Shown here: positions 46,800 through 56,024 of the stretch, one piece after another
How positions within the stretch are numbered: the first letter of the stretch is position 1
How the letters are laid out: each line of letters begins with the position of its first letter
Assembly: GCA_041640595.1 (NCBI GenBank)
Contig: JBEPZY010000008.1
Location: 66,566-130,565, forward strand
Direction of reading: 5' to 3'
Source of the DNA: Gemmatales bacterium
GTDB taxonomy: Bacteria > Planctomycetota > Planctomycetia > Gemmatales > HRBIN36
DNA: 64,000 nt
Translations under genes and position numbers: made by a program
Notes under the pieces: generated by a model
What the model was told of the DNA's origin: nothing
Databases searched by the model: none
What the model saw: only the letters and a program-made list of their open reading frames with translations

Positions 46800-49097
46800 T
46801 CATTGACAACGGACTGCGATCACGGCGCTGTTATCCGAGCCGCCATAAGCATTGGCCAGGTTGACCAGCCGGCGGGCACACATTTCTGCGGAATCGGCCC
46901 GCTGAATCATCTCGGCCAGAGTTGCCTCGTCCACGTGGCCAGTCAAACCGTCGCTGCACAGGATCAGCCAATCTCCAGGTTTGAGCGTCACGGCCAAGGT
47001 CTGCGGCTCGACAAACGGCTGGGCACCCAGGGCTTGCTGCAATTCGTTTTTTCGCGGATGCTGTTCCGCCTCTTCCGGTGTCAGCTGACCCAGCTCGACC
47101 AGCCGATTCACCAGCGTGTGGTCACGGGTCAACTGTCGGAGCTGGCCTTCGGAATAAAGGTAAGTGCGACTGTCGCCCACATGAGCGATGACCGCCTGCG
47201 AACCGCAGATGACCAGCATCTCGCAGGTACAGCCCATGCCGCGCTTTCCCTGCGGTGAACGCGAAAACTGATACAGGTGCTGGTTTACGTCGCGGAGCAA
47301 GTCAAAAAGAAACTTGCGGCAGGCGTCGGTATCGAAAGCGCCGTCGGGCGCTTCGCCCAGCAAAGATTTTGCGTAATCGCTTTGAAAGAAACGCCGGCGA
47401 AGCTCGTGAATGGCCATGGCGGCGGCAACTTCGCCGGCTTCGTAACCTCCCATGCCATCGCACAAAATAGCCAGCACCGTTTCGCCCAACCGTTCTTCAA
47501 ATCCCGAGCTGGAGTGCCAGAAGGCGAATGCGTCTTCGTTATTGCTCCGGAGCTTGCCGATATTGCTCCAGCCAGCAATATCCAATCGGGTAATGTTCAA
47601 CTGCTGGCCGGCGTTGCGCAGTGCACGGGCCAGTTCATCCCAGCCGGTAGGATCGGTGCGAGCAGCTTCGTCTGTCGGAAAACGGTGCTGTTTATCGCGG
47701 ACAAAAGTTTTCATGACCAGCCGGGCGTATGCCGGATGGGCGTCGGGGAAACGGAACACCAGCGGTTTGGGAACCCACGAGCTTTCAAAGTCAGTTTCCG
47801 TCAATTCGTGGCCGAGGTACAGCGCGTACAAAACCGCTCCGAAACTATAAAGCGGCGAACGAGCATCCACTTCGTGAGGTTCCAGCACCAGTTCCGGCGG
47901 AGTGTAGGGAGTCGCTGCCAGGTGCGTTCGCGCCGTATAGGGCAAACTCACCAGCAGGCTCAGATCGGTGAGCGTCAGCTGGCCGCGTTCGTTGAGTCGC
48001 AGCAATTCCGGCTTCAGATACTCCGGAATCGCTCCCGCCGTTGCCAGCGCTTTCAAGGAGTCTGCGAAATCGGCCAGCAAGTTGAAGCGAGCCGGCATCG
48101 TGTAAGCTGGGTCGTCAAACACCTGCCACAGATCCGGTCCGCTGGCCGCTTCTTCCACCGCAAAAACACTTCGCCCATCGCACAACACATCGAGTACCCG
48201 TGGCCAGCTGGCATGTTGCACGGTTTCCAGCAGAGCAATTTCCCATCCTAACTCGGGCCAGGCGGTGCCTATTTCGGCAGGGACATGGAACCGCCCGATA
48301 GCCACGGTGGCGCCGTTGTTCTGGCTGACCGCTTGCTGCACCAGGATGACTGGACGATTGTCATGACTCCGGTCTCGTGCCAGATAGCGAATCGTGTTTA
48401 CCCGCCGCGACATCTCCTGGACGATCTCATAGCGTCCCGCCACCAGCGTGCCCGGTGGCAACGAGTCGGCCGACGGAAGCGCAGCCGCTGTCGGCAAGGC
48501 AGTCATTTCACCGTCAGGAAAACTGTAACCGCAATCCTGGCAGAACTGGCTTTCCAGGGGCAGAGTGGTTCCGCAGGCCGGGCAGGTTTTCGCCTCAACA
48601 GCTAAAACCGGTGTGGTGGGCGGCAATGTCGCCGCTTGGTCTTTCGGAGAAGACTGGTCGCTCGGGGTCATCGGAACCTCGACTGCATGGGCCCCTGTTG
48701 GCGGGCTACCAATCGGTTGAGCCACTGGCAAGGAAGTGCCCAGCTTTTCGGCAGATCTCGATTCCACGGACGGCAGGGGCGATGCCATACCGGTAGCCGT
48801 TCCGGCAGCGTGCTCCGCCCGGTTAACGAAATCCTCGAGCCAGCTGGTACGCGGGGCCATACCGGCATCCATTCCAGTGCTATGCGACGCCGAAGCTGGT
48901 GGAACCAATTCCGCGACCGGCAAACTGTCCACGGTAACTCCCGGCGGGAGCGTGCTGGGGTTCAAAACCACGGCCGTAGGCAAATCTTCTCCCGCACCCT
49001 GAGCAGTTGGGGTGTTCGTAACTGAGCCAGCCCCGGTCGCAGGTCCGGTTGCCGATGGCATGCTGGACGGCTGATGGCTTTCCGCTTCTGACGGCAT
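46800..49097 (-). CDS. zinc ribbon / pseudokinase / PP2C phosphatase fusion protein
   Basis: ATG at 49097 with GCAGGAG upstream. CPACGTTLPLESQFCQDCG ribbon. The kinase-like domain lacks the G-loop, VAIK Lys, HRD Asp (EYLKPELL) and DFG (TDLS). PP2C motifs: NEDAF, CDGMGGYEAGEVAA, HVGDSRTY, LCSDGL, GGSDNSAVI. Confidence 0.9.
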   Translation of the reverse strand: MPSEAESHQPSSMPSATGPATGAGSVTNTPTAQGAGEDLPTAVVLNPSTLPPGVTVDSLPVAELVPPASASHSTGMDAGMAPRTSWLEDFVNRAEHAAGTATGMASPLPSVESRSAEKLGTSLPVAQPIGSPPTGAHAVEVPMTPSDQSSPKDQAATLPPTTPVLAVEAKTCPACGTTLPLESQFCQDCGYSFPDGEMTALPTAAALPSADSLPPGTLVAGRYEIVQEMSRRVNTIRYLARDRSHDNRPVILVQQAVSQNNGATVAIGRFHVPAEIGTAWPELGWEIALLETVQHASWPRVLDVLCDGRSVFAVEEAASGPDLWQVFDDPAYTMPARFNLLADFADSLKALATAGAIPEYLKPELLRLNERGQLTLTDLSLLVSLPYTARTHLAATPYTPPELVLEPHEVDARSPLYSFGAVLYALYLGHELTETDFESSWVPKPLVFRFPDAHPAYARLVMKTFVRDKQHRFPTDEAARTDPTGWDELARALRNAGQQLNITRLDIAGWSNIGKLRSNNEDAFAFWHSSSGFEERLGETVLAILCDGMGGYEAGEVAAAMAIHELRRRFFQSDYAKSLLGEAPDGAFDTDACRKFLFDLLRDVNQHLYQFSRSPQGKRGMGCTCEMLVICGSQAVIAHVGDSRTYLYSEGQLRQLTRDHTLVNRLVELGQLTPEEAEQHPRKNELQQALGAQPFVEPQTLAVTLKPGDWLILCSDGLTGHVDEATLAEMIQRADSAEMCARRLVNLANAYGGSDNSAVIAVRCQ

Positions 49098-49113
49098 GAT
49101 TGGCTCCTGCAGA

Positions 49114-50631
49114 CTAACGCAATCGGTTACCACAGTGAATGCAAAAGCGGCTGCCCATGCGGTTGGACTTACCGCAGTGCTGACAGGGTGGCGACAGATC
49201 GGTCAACGGAGCGGCACATTTGACGCAGTAAGGCTGGCGAACAGGATTTACCGCCTGACAACGGGGACAATTTATCTCCCGGGTCACCCGCCGCGCCTCC
49301 AGATCTGCCTTGAACTCCCGTGCGGTGAAATACCGGTCGTTGACGTCTTCGGAAAGATTGATGCGAATCAGCTCGTAGAACCAGCGGTGAGCCGGGGGAA
49401 TAGCACCATCCGGCATGGCGAGAAGTTCATCAATTTCCTTGGCGGTGTAAAAACCTTCCGGTGGCCGACCGGTTGCCAGATGGTACAGAGTTCCCGCCAA
49501 GGCGAACAGATCGCTGCGAGGCTCCGGTTTACCCACAATTTGCTCGGGCGGAGCATACCCTTCGGTGTACACTCGCGTCTTGGCTTGCAAACGTGTGCGT
49601 GAAGTGCGGCCCAGGTCGCGGGCCGTGCCAAAGTCTATCATCTTGATACTCCGACCATCGGCCAGCAACATAATGTTGTCCGGCTTGAGGTCGCGGTGAA
49701 CCACCGGCGGCTCCATGCGGTGCATGTGATCCAGAACATCGCAAATCTGTTTCCCCCACTCGATCACCATGTCCAGCGGGAACGGCCGATGATTGTTTTG
49801 TTCCATCACCTTGACCAGGTCGGTGCCCTCAATGAACTCCATGACCAGGTGCGCCGACTGCCCTTTCTGGATGAACTCGTAAATCCGCGGAACGATCGGC
49901 AAGGAAGACAGGGCGCGAAGTATCTCGGCCTCGCGCCGGAAAAAGCTGAGCCGAATCTTGAACTCCTCCGGGTCGGGACAGATCATGTCTTTGATGGCGA
50001 CGGTCTGGCCGGTACGCGTGTCCACAGCGCGATAGACCGCGCCGAAACCTCCCATGGCGATCAACTTCTCAATACGGTAACGCCCTTCGAGCATACTGCC
50101 GGGTGCGCTGGGCAAAAGGCAATTGCACCGCTGGCAGTAACGTTCCCCGACCGGATTCGCGGCACCGCACGCGGGGTTGGTGCAGATCACCACCGGTGCG
50201 CCGGTTTCGTCGGCCCGTGCAGCTTCGGAGGTCCAGCCACACTCCAGGCACATGGTCGCGCCGGGAGGTAAAGCCGCCCCACACGCCGGACATTGCCCCA
50301 ATGGTCCAACCACACGGGTCGGCGGACGGATTACCACGGACTCTGCGCTGAGATTGTCGGAACTTGCATCCCCCGGCCTGGAAGCAGGCGAACCCGCAGG
50401 TGCGGACGGCATGGGGGCAGTCCGTCCCGGTGCTGCGCTCGAAGATGGGGTCATGCCTGCGGAAGACGGGGCACCGACGCTGCCAGGAGCTGGAGCGGTG
50501 ACTTGACCCGCCTGGGCTACCGTTGCCGTGAACACTTTCTGGCAGGTGGGACAACGCACCGGATGGTTGGCAAACTGGTCGGCAATTTGAGCCGGTTTGC
50601 GGCAGTGTGGACAATGGACGATCAGGGGCAT
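49114..50631 (-). CDS. Ser/Thr protein kinase flanked by five zinc ribbons
   Basis: Kinase motifs GGFGAVYRAV, VAIKDM, HRDLKPDNIML, DFGTARD and GYAPPE. CxxC...CxxC ribbons: one at the N-terminus, two before the kinase domain and two at the C-terminus. Confidence 0.93.
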   Translation of the reverse strand: MPLIVHCPHCRKPAQIADQFANHPVRCPTCQKVFTATVAQAGQVTAPAPGSVGAPSSAGMTPSSSAAPGRTAPMPSAPAGSPASRPGDASSDNLSAESVVIRPPTRVVGPLGQCPACGAALPPGATMCLECGWTSEAARADETGAPVVICTNPACGAANPVGERYCQRCNCLLPSAPGSMLEGRYRIEKLIAMGGFGAVYRAVDTRTGQTVAIKDMICPDPEEFKIRLSFFRREAEILRALSSLPIVPRIYEFIQKGQSAHLVMEFIEGTDLVKVMEQNNHRPFPLDMVIEWGKQICDVLDHMHRMEPPVVHRDLKPDNIMLLADGRSIKMIDFGTARDLGRTSRTRLQAKTRVYTEGYAPPEQIVGKPEPRSDLFALAGTLYHLATGRPPEGFYTAKEIDELLAMPDGAIPPAHRWFYELIRINLSEDVNDRYFTAREFKADLEARRVTREINCPRCQAVNPVRQPYCVKCAAPLTDLSPPCQHCGKSNRMGSRFCIHCGNRLR

Positions 50632-50643
50632 GGTGCTACTCGC

Positions 50644-51597
50644 TTATGCAGTTGCACTGGGCGAAGGTTTGGGTCGCTGGCTGCGGGCGCGGCTGCGAAA
50701 GATCAGCACGCAGTCACCAACACGAATACGGTCACCCGACTGCAAGCGGCGTTTTTCACTGACGCGCCGTTCGTTGACGAAAGTGCCGCCGGGAGTTTGG
50801 CCATCTTCGATGTAATAATCCGGCCCCTCGACCAGGATTCGGGCGTGCAGTTTTTCTACCCCCTTGGCACCGTAAAGACCGATGTCGCACCCTTCGGCCC
50901 GCCCAATGGTAATGATAGGTTTGGTGATGAGAATCTCCCGGCCAGGACGAAAACCGCTTTCGACAATCACCCAGGCGTCCCGCAGTACTATCTGAGCCAG
51001 ACCGATAAACAGCCCGATCAACGCTCCGAGGGTTGTCCAGCCAACACCAGAAGGGCTGAGGGCCTCCCCACTGCCCGTGATTCGCGTCAAGGCGCTCTGG
51101 AGGGCCACAAGCGCAATTCCGCCTAATAATCCGCCGATACTGCCCCCGATAGCGCCGTTGCGAAGTTTCCGTACCGCTCCGCGCACCTCCTGCCGGGCAA
51201 GCAATAGTTTTAGTAGCGCTGGCAGTCCCAGCCCCGTTCCGATTAGCGCTCCGGTTATGAGCCAGCCAATGACCCGCAGGTATTCACTCATCAAGGCCAA
51301 CAACTGCCCGATGATACCGCCGATCAAGCCAGCCAGTCCGCCCAGAACCAGATTGGTTACCGTGGCCGGGATGGCTGTTACGGTTCGGCCACCGGAAGCC
51401 GCCAGGGCATCCACCACTCCCAGGACAGCACCAACCAGCGCACCGAGAATGGCTCCCTGTAAGGCGGCTCGCAGCAGCAGCTTCCAGGTCTCCGTCTCGC
51501 CCGCCGTCCCGAACACAATCCGGGACACCAACCAGGCAAGCAGCGCTGCAAATGCCCCGCCAATGGCCATGTAATACGCATATAGCCGAAATGACAT
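50644..51597 (-). CDS. polytopic membrane protein with C-terminal FHA domain
   Basis: The N-terminal ~210 aa are Gly-rich TM helices. The FHA domain reads ITIGRAEGCDIGL...LHARI...YYIEDGQTPGGTFVNERRV...GDRIRVGDCVLIF. Confidence 0.88.
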   Translation of the reverse strand: MSFRLYAYYMAIGGAFAALLAWLVSRIVFGTAGETETWKLLLRAALQGAILGALVGAVLGVVDALAASGGRTVTAIPATVTNLVLGGLAGLIGGIIGQLLALMSEYLRVIGWLITGALIGTGLGLPALLKLLLARQEVRGAVRKLRNGAIGGSIGGLLGGIALVALQSALTRITGSGEALSPSGVGWTTLGALIGLFIGLAQIVLRDAWVIVESGFRPGREILITKPIITIGRAEGCDIGLYGAKGVEKLHARILVEGPDYYIEDGQTPGGTFVNERRVSEKRRLQSGDRIRVGDCVLIFRSRARSQRPKPSPSATA

Positions 51598-51750
51598 ATC
51601 CGCCCCGCGGCTGTTTCTGACGCCGTGTTTGCCAGGCGCACTTGTCGGCCGACACTAAAGTGAGCCTTATCTTTTGCTACGATCCGGTTGACCTTGAGTC
51701 AACCGCCCATCCTGCCAGGCAGAGCCATCCTGTCAGGCAAAGCGTGGATG

Positions 51751-53043
51751 TCAGGCCTTCGGAAGCGCTTGCTCAATCCAGCCGCCGCCCAGCACCCGGC
51801 TTCCGTCATAGCAAACCGCCAGCTGACCGGGAGTGACAGCCAGCTGGGGTTCGTCAAAGACAATGCGTACCCGCTGCTCGGCTAAAGGCTCCACACTGGC
51901 CGGAACCGCTGCGGCACGATAGCGGATTTTCACCTGGCATCTTCGTGTTCCCGATACCGGTTCGATCAGCCAGTTGAAGCGTTCGGCAATCAGGCCCGGA
52001 CTGAGGCATTCCTCGCGGCTACCGACAACGACCGTGTTATCCGCAGGCAGAATGGCCAGGACATACCGTCTCTGACCAGCCGCAAAGCCGAGTCCCTTGC
52101 GTTGACCGATGGTGAAGTGCTCTATTCCCGTGTGCCGTGCCAGCACCCGGCCAGAGCTGTCCACGATGAGACCGGCGGTGTTTCGCTCCGGGCGACGCCG
52201 CCGCACAAACGCTGCGTGATCCCCATCGGGAACGAAACATATCTCCTGGCTGTCCGGTTTATTGTGCACAGGTAGTCCCGCCTGCCGAGCCAGTTCGCGG
52301 ATTTGCAACTTCGTATATTCGCCAATCGGAAACAGTATCCGCTCCAGTAGTTGGCGGCGAATCCCTGCCAGCACGTAGGACTGATCCTTGGACGGGTCAA
52401 CGGCACAATGCAGCTCTGGCCCGGTGGCACCGCGAACGATCCGGGCATAATGACCCGTTGCAATAAAATCGGCAGCCAGTTGCCGCCCATAGCTCCACAG
52501 CTGACCAAACTTGAGCCAGTTATTGCACACCACGCAGGGATTCGGCGTGCGTCCGGCCAGATACTCATCGGCGAAGTAGTCCATAATGCGGCCGAAAGCC
52601 TGCGAAAAATCCAGTGCGTAGAAGGGGATATCAAGCATCTCGGCTACCCGCCGGGCATCCGCTGCATCCAGCGAAGAGCAGCAGCCGACATGCCGCCTGG
52701 GTCGACCGGTTTGCCGGTGAACATCAGCGACTGCGACGGAATCGCGGTTCTCTCCCCGGGTAGCCAGCCCAGCATGCCTGTCAGCAACCGCGGCTGTTAC
52801 GGTCTGGTGCAGCGAATCGGCCTTGCTGCGACCAAACGAGCGTGCATCTTCTGGATCGAGTGTCGAATCGGTCGGTTCTGCGATTTCACAATTTTCCGCT
52901 TGCACACCGGTGCGCATGAATAGCCCGATGACCTCGTAGCCCTGCTGCTTGAGAAGCCACGCGGCCACGGAGCTATCCACACCACCACTCATAGCGACGA
53001 CGACACGTGGACGCATCACACGCAAATGGAAGCCAGGCGACAA
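51751..53043 (-). CDS. mnmA: tRNA 2-thiouridine(34) synthase MnmA, CxxC-type, with a low-complexity insertion
   Basis: PP-loop [21 protein letters not shown] (CxxC where E. coli has DxxC). About 70 aa inserted between LFMR and GCCS. The start may be the internal MRPRVVV (53016). Confidence 0.92.
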   Translation of the reverse strand: MSPGFHLRVMRPRVVVAMSGGVDSSVAAWLLKQQGYEVIGLFMRTGVQAENCEIAEPTDSTLDPEDARSFGRSKADSLHQTVTAAVADRHAGLATRGENRDSVAVADVHRQTGRPRRHVGCCSSLDAADARRVAEMLDIPFYALDFSQAFGRIMDYFADEYLAGRTPNPCVVCNNWLKFGQLWSYGRQLAADFIATGHYARIVRGATGPELHCAVDPSKDQSYVLAGIRRQLLERILFPIGEYTKLQIRELARQAGLPVHNKPDSQEICFVPDGDHAAFVRRRRPERNTAGLIVDSSGRVLARHTGIEHFTIGQRKGLGFAAGQRRYVLAILPADNTVVVGSREECLSPGLIAERFNWLIEPVSGTRRCQVKIRYRAAAVPASVEPLAEQRVRIVFDEPQLAVTPGQLAVCYDGSRVLGGGWIEQALPKA

Positions 53044-53210
53044 CTGCTTCTTATGCTGGGCATCTCATTGTATGCGGGCATTGCCGGACGATGCCATGCG
53101 GTGCCGACAACCCTTTTTACGGCACGAGGTTCGGCGCACACGCACCGAACCTCGCCAAAAGGAGAAGGTGCAGAAAAATCGGAGAGTCTAGCTATTGCTG
53201 CCGGGTGAAA

Positions 53211-53966
53211 CTATTGCTTGAGCAATTCCAGGATCACCGGTTTGACCGCCTGGGCCCACAATTCGTAACCCTTTTCGGACAGGTGCAGGAAGTCGGGCAT
53301 GATCTCCTGAGGGATTGTTCCATCCTGCCGGATAAACAGATGGCCGATGTCCATATACTTCACCGTCTTCCCGCCATCGTCCAGTTTGGAGATGATCTGG
53401 TTGACTCGAGCAATCTTTTCGCGCTGAGCCTTGGTGGCCGGGTTATTCGGGTCTTTGCCGCGCGGGAAAATGCCCAGGAGCAGCACCTTCGTTTTCGGCG
53501 AACGCTTGTGGATTTCCCGGACGATGGCGGTGATGCCTTCGGCGATTTCCTCGGCGGTGTTATCATTGCCGTTGGAGTTATTGGTGCCGATCATCAGCAT
53601 GACGACCTTTGGCTGAATGCCGTCCAGTTCGCCATTCTGAATCCGCCACAGGACGTGCTGCGTGCGGTCGCCACCGATACCGAAATTAGCAGTTTTCAGG
53701 GGCGCGAATTCCCGTTCGAAGACCTTGCTGCCCGCTGCCTTGGGATTGTGCCCTTCCCCGCCCCAGGCGTCGGTGATGGAATCACCGAGGAACAGCACTT
53801 CCACGCCGCCCCGCTTGGCAATGGCCACGAACGTTTCGTGCCGTTTCAGCCAGTTGGGATCGCGCGGCACTGGCTTGATCGCCGAGTGGAGTTTTTCCTG
53901 AGCTGAAAGCACCGCCGGCAGCAGAATGACCGCCAGCATTCCCAGTTGCCGTTTCCAGGTTCCCAT
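53211..53966 (-). CDS. SGNH/GDSL hydrolase (PAF acetylhydrolase-like), exported
   Basis: Signal peptide, FLGDSITDAW (block I), MIGTNN (block III), DFLHLSEKGY (block V). Confidence 0.88.
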   Translation of the reverse strand: MGTWKRQLGMLAVILLPAVLSAQEKLHSAIKPVPRDPNWLKRHETFVAIAKRGGVEVLFLGDSITDAWGGEGHNPKAAGSKVFEREFAPLKTANFGIGGDRTQHVLWRIQNGELDGIQPKVVMLMIGTNNSNGNDNTAEEIAEGITAIVREIHKRSPKTKVLLLGIFPRGKDPNNPATKAQREKIARVNQIISKLDDGGKTVKYMDIGHLFIRQDGTIPQEIMPDFLHLSEKGYELWAQAVKPVILELLKQ

Positions 53967-54032
53967 GAGGACTCCTCCTTTGGTGTGCCTGTAAGCTGTG
54001 GCTATCGCTAGGCGTGATACCGTGCATCAGCC

Positions 54033-54452
54033 TTAGTGCCCGTGGTCAGCGTGATGGTGCTGGTGCTCGTGATGATGGGCCGGCGCAGTCGCTTGCAGCG
54101 TGATTTCAACTGGATGCCACGAAAAGACTTCCTGTAACCAACCGCACAACAGAATGGAACCGAAAAGGAGCACGGTCATGGTCAGTGGAGCCAGAATTGC
54201 AGGTTTCCAGTCCGCAAGCCAGGGCAGCTGCAGGTGCCACGCCAGGAAACTGATCAACCCCAGTACCAGCAACAGAGGAAGCCAGGCACCACGAGCCAGC
54301 GCTGGCCAGAACTGTCGCCAGTCCACCAACCACAACCACCATCCAAGCCAGCCGATAAGCAGCGCGTAATCGAACCCCAGACGTGTCAGTATGCTCAGCA
54401 AGCGCACCAGGTCGCGGCCCAGGTCGAGTAGGACTGTGATTAACTCCTGCAT
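54033..54452 (-). CDS. small membrane protein with His-rich C-terminal tail
   Basis: Start trimmed to MQELITVLLD (ATG 54452). Three to four TM helices. C-terminus APAHHHEHQHHHADHGH. The track ORF (329 aa) is over-extended across the divergent promoter. Confidence 0.6.
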   Translation of the reverse strand: MQELITVLLDLGRDLVRLLSILTRLGFDYALLIGWLGWWLWLVDWRQFWPALARGAWLPLLLVLGLISFLAWHLQLPWLADWKPAILAPLTMTVLLFGSILLCGWLQEVFSWHPVEITLQATAPAHHHEHQHHHADHGH

Positions 54453-54575
54453 GGCGAGCCTCGTGGATTGACAGTTTTTGCTGCGTATGATAGAAGCGCA
54501 GCCCTTCGGGTGCAAGAGATAGGAAAAAATCACGAACGGAGGCACCGATCCAGACCGTCTGAGTTTTTGGCCGCC

Positions 54576-55067
54576 ATGATTCTCGGCGTGATTAGCGATA
54601 CTCACGGCCATCAGCAAGCGGTATCGGCAGCGCTGCGGTTGTTGCAGGCACGTGGGGCAAACTGTATAGTGCATTGCGGCGATGTGGATGACGCATCTAC
54701 TCTTTATCTGTTTGCCGGTACCACCCTGCATCTGGTGCTGGGCAACTGCGATCCGCCTGCGCAACGGTTGCAGGAAGTCATAGACGAGATCGGAGCCAGG
54801 CTGCACGGCCGGTTTGGTACCCTGCAGCTGGCGGACCGGCGTTTCGCGTTTTTGCACGGGGATGACCGCCAGCGTCTCGATTACACCATTCGCAGCGGTA
54901 GCTTCGACGTGGTCTTCCACGGACACACGCACCAGCGCCGCTGCGTTCGCCTGGGCCGAACTCTGGTAGTCAATCCCGGCGCCCTGATCCGCGTCGCTAC
55001 CCCGACAGTGGCTCTTGTCCATCTGCCAAAAGTCGAGGTGGAGTTTCTCGATGTTCCCGTCGCCTGA
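54576..55067 (+). CDS. metallophosphoesterase, YfcE/MJ0936 family
   Basis: MILGVISDTHGH, HCGDV, GNCD, FLHGD, HGHTH. Confidence 0.85.
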   Translation: MILGVISDTHGHQQAVSAALRLLQARGANCIVHCGDVDDASTLYLFAGTTLHLVLGNCDPPAQRLQEVIDEIGARLHGRFGTLQLADRRFAFLHGDDRQRLDYTIRSGSFDVVFHGHTHQRRCVRLGRTLVVNPGALIRVATPTVALVHLPKVEVEFLDVPVA

Positions 55068-55241
55068 CCTGACCCGGTCAGGCTGATATTTCCCCTATCC
55101 TCGGCGTATTCGTCACGACTGCGGCAGTTTCGGAAGCTAAAATAGTTTGCCAGGCTGCACACAAACCGGCTGTTTTGTTACAATTGCATGGGCAGCAAAG
55201 CAAAGCCAAGAGGTGCCGTTGATTAGCGGGAAAATCCAGCC

Positions 55242-56024
55242 ATGACCATCTTCAGCCGCATCCTGGCGTTCGCCAACTTCATCGCCGCCGTGGTAACGAT
55301 TTACTTCCTGATACAGGCGTTTGTAGCCCGCATGGCGTGGCAAAGGGAATTACGGCGATTAGAAGAGGAACGCGACGGAGTAACCACAGCGAAGTTGGAA
55401 CAGCTCATCCGTCGGGATTATCCCGAAGAGGTGCAGAAGCTCGAAAAGGACAGGCCACAGTCGGAAGAAGCCTGGCGAGCTGACCTGCTCAGGAAAATTT
55501 TATTTCCGCCGGAAAAGCCGGATCTGCTTGCTGATCCCGACAACACGCAAGAATCGATCCGCCGTACGGAAGAATTGATCCGCCGTTACGGACTGAAGTA
55601 CGATGAAGTGCGGAGTGTTGTGGAAGAGCATATCGGTCGTGTGCGGAAGGAACTGGACATCGAAGAGCAGACGTTAAAGCATCGCCGCCGGGAACTGGAA
55701 ACGCTGCGAGCGACTGCCCTAACTGCTATCCGCGAGGCCGAGGAACGGTTGAAGTCGCTGCAACAACAAGTGGCAACCGAACTGGCACAGCACCAGAAGA
55801 TACGCCAACTCATCCATCAGCGACGATTGCAGATCGCCTTCTGGCTGGCACGATTATCGGAAGCGTATGCTGCCCGCGAAGTCGCCGCTGCACGGCTTCG
55901 GGATATGGAAGATGAGCGCCTGGCGCTGGAGAAAGAAGCCCAGGAACTCGAAAAGACCTGCCTGGAACTGCTCAAGCAAATCAAGGAGCTGGAACTAAAA
56001 CAACTGCCGCGGAGCCGCCCATGA
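55242..56024 (+). CDS. N-terminally TM-anchored coiled-coil protein
   Basis: TM segment ILAFANFIAAVVTIYFLIQAF followed by about 220 aa of E/R/L-rich heptad sequence. Confidence 0.7.
   Translation: MTIFSRILAFANFIAAVVTIYFLIQAFVARMAWQRELRRLEEERDGVTTAKLEQLIRRDYPEEVQKLEKDRPQSEEAWRADLLRKILFPPEKPDLLADPDNTQESIRRTEELIRRYGLKYDEVRSVVEEHIGRVRKELDIEEQTLKHRRRELETLRATALTAIREAEERLKSLQQQVATELAQHQKIRQLIHQRRLQIAFWLARLSEAYAAREVAAARLRDMEDERLALEKEAQELEKTCLELLKQIKELELKQLPRSRP

Noticed and set aside
30113-51597. Calling a TerY-P-type triad (vWA plus PP2C plus Ser/Thr kinase) from the giant vWA gene and the kinase/phosphatase operon
   Set aside because: The vWA gene is about 12 kb away on the opposite strand, with unrelated genes in between. 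The kinase operon has an FHA protein in the position where TerY would sit.
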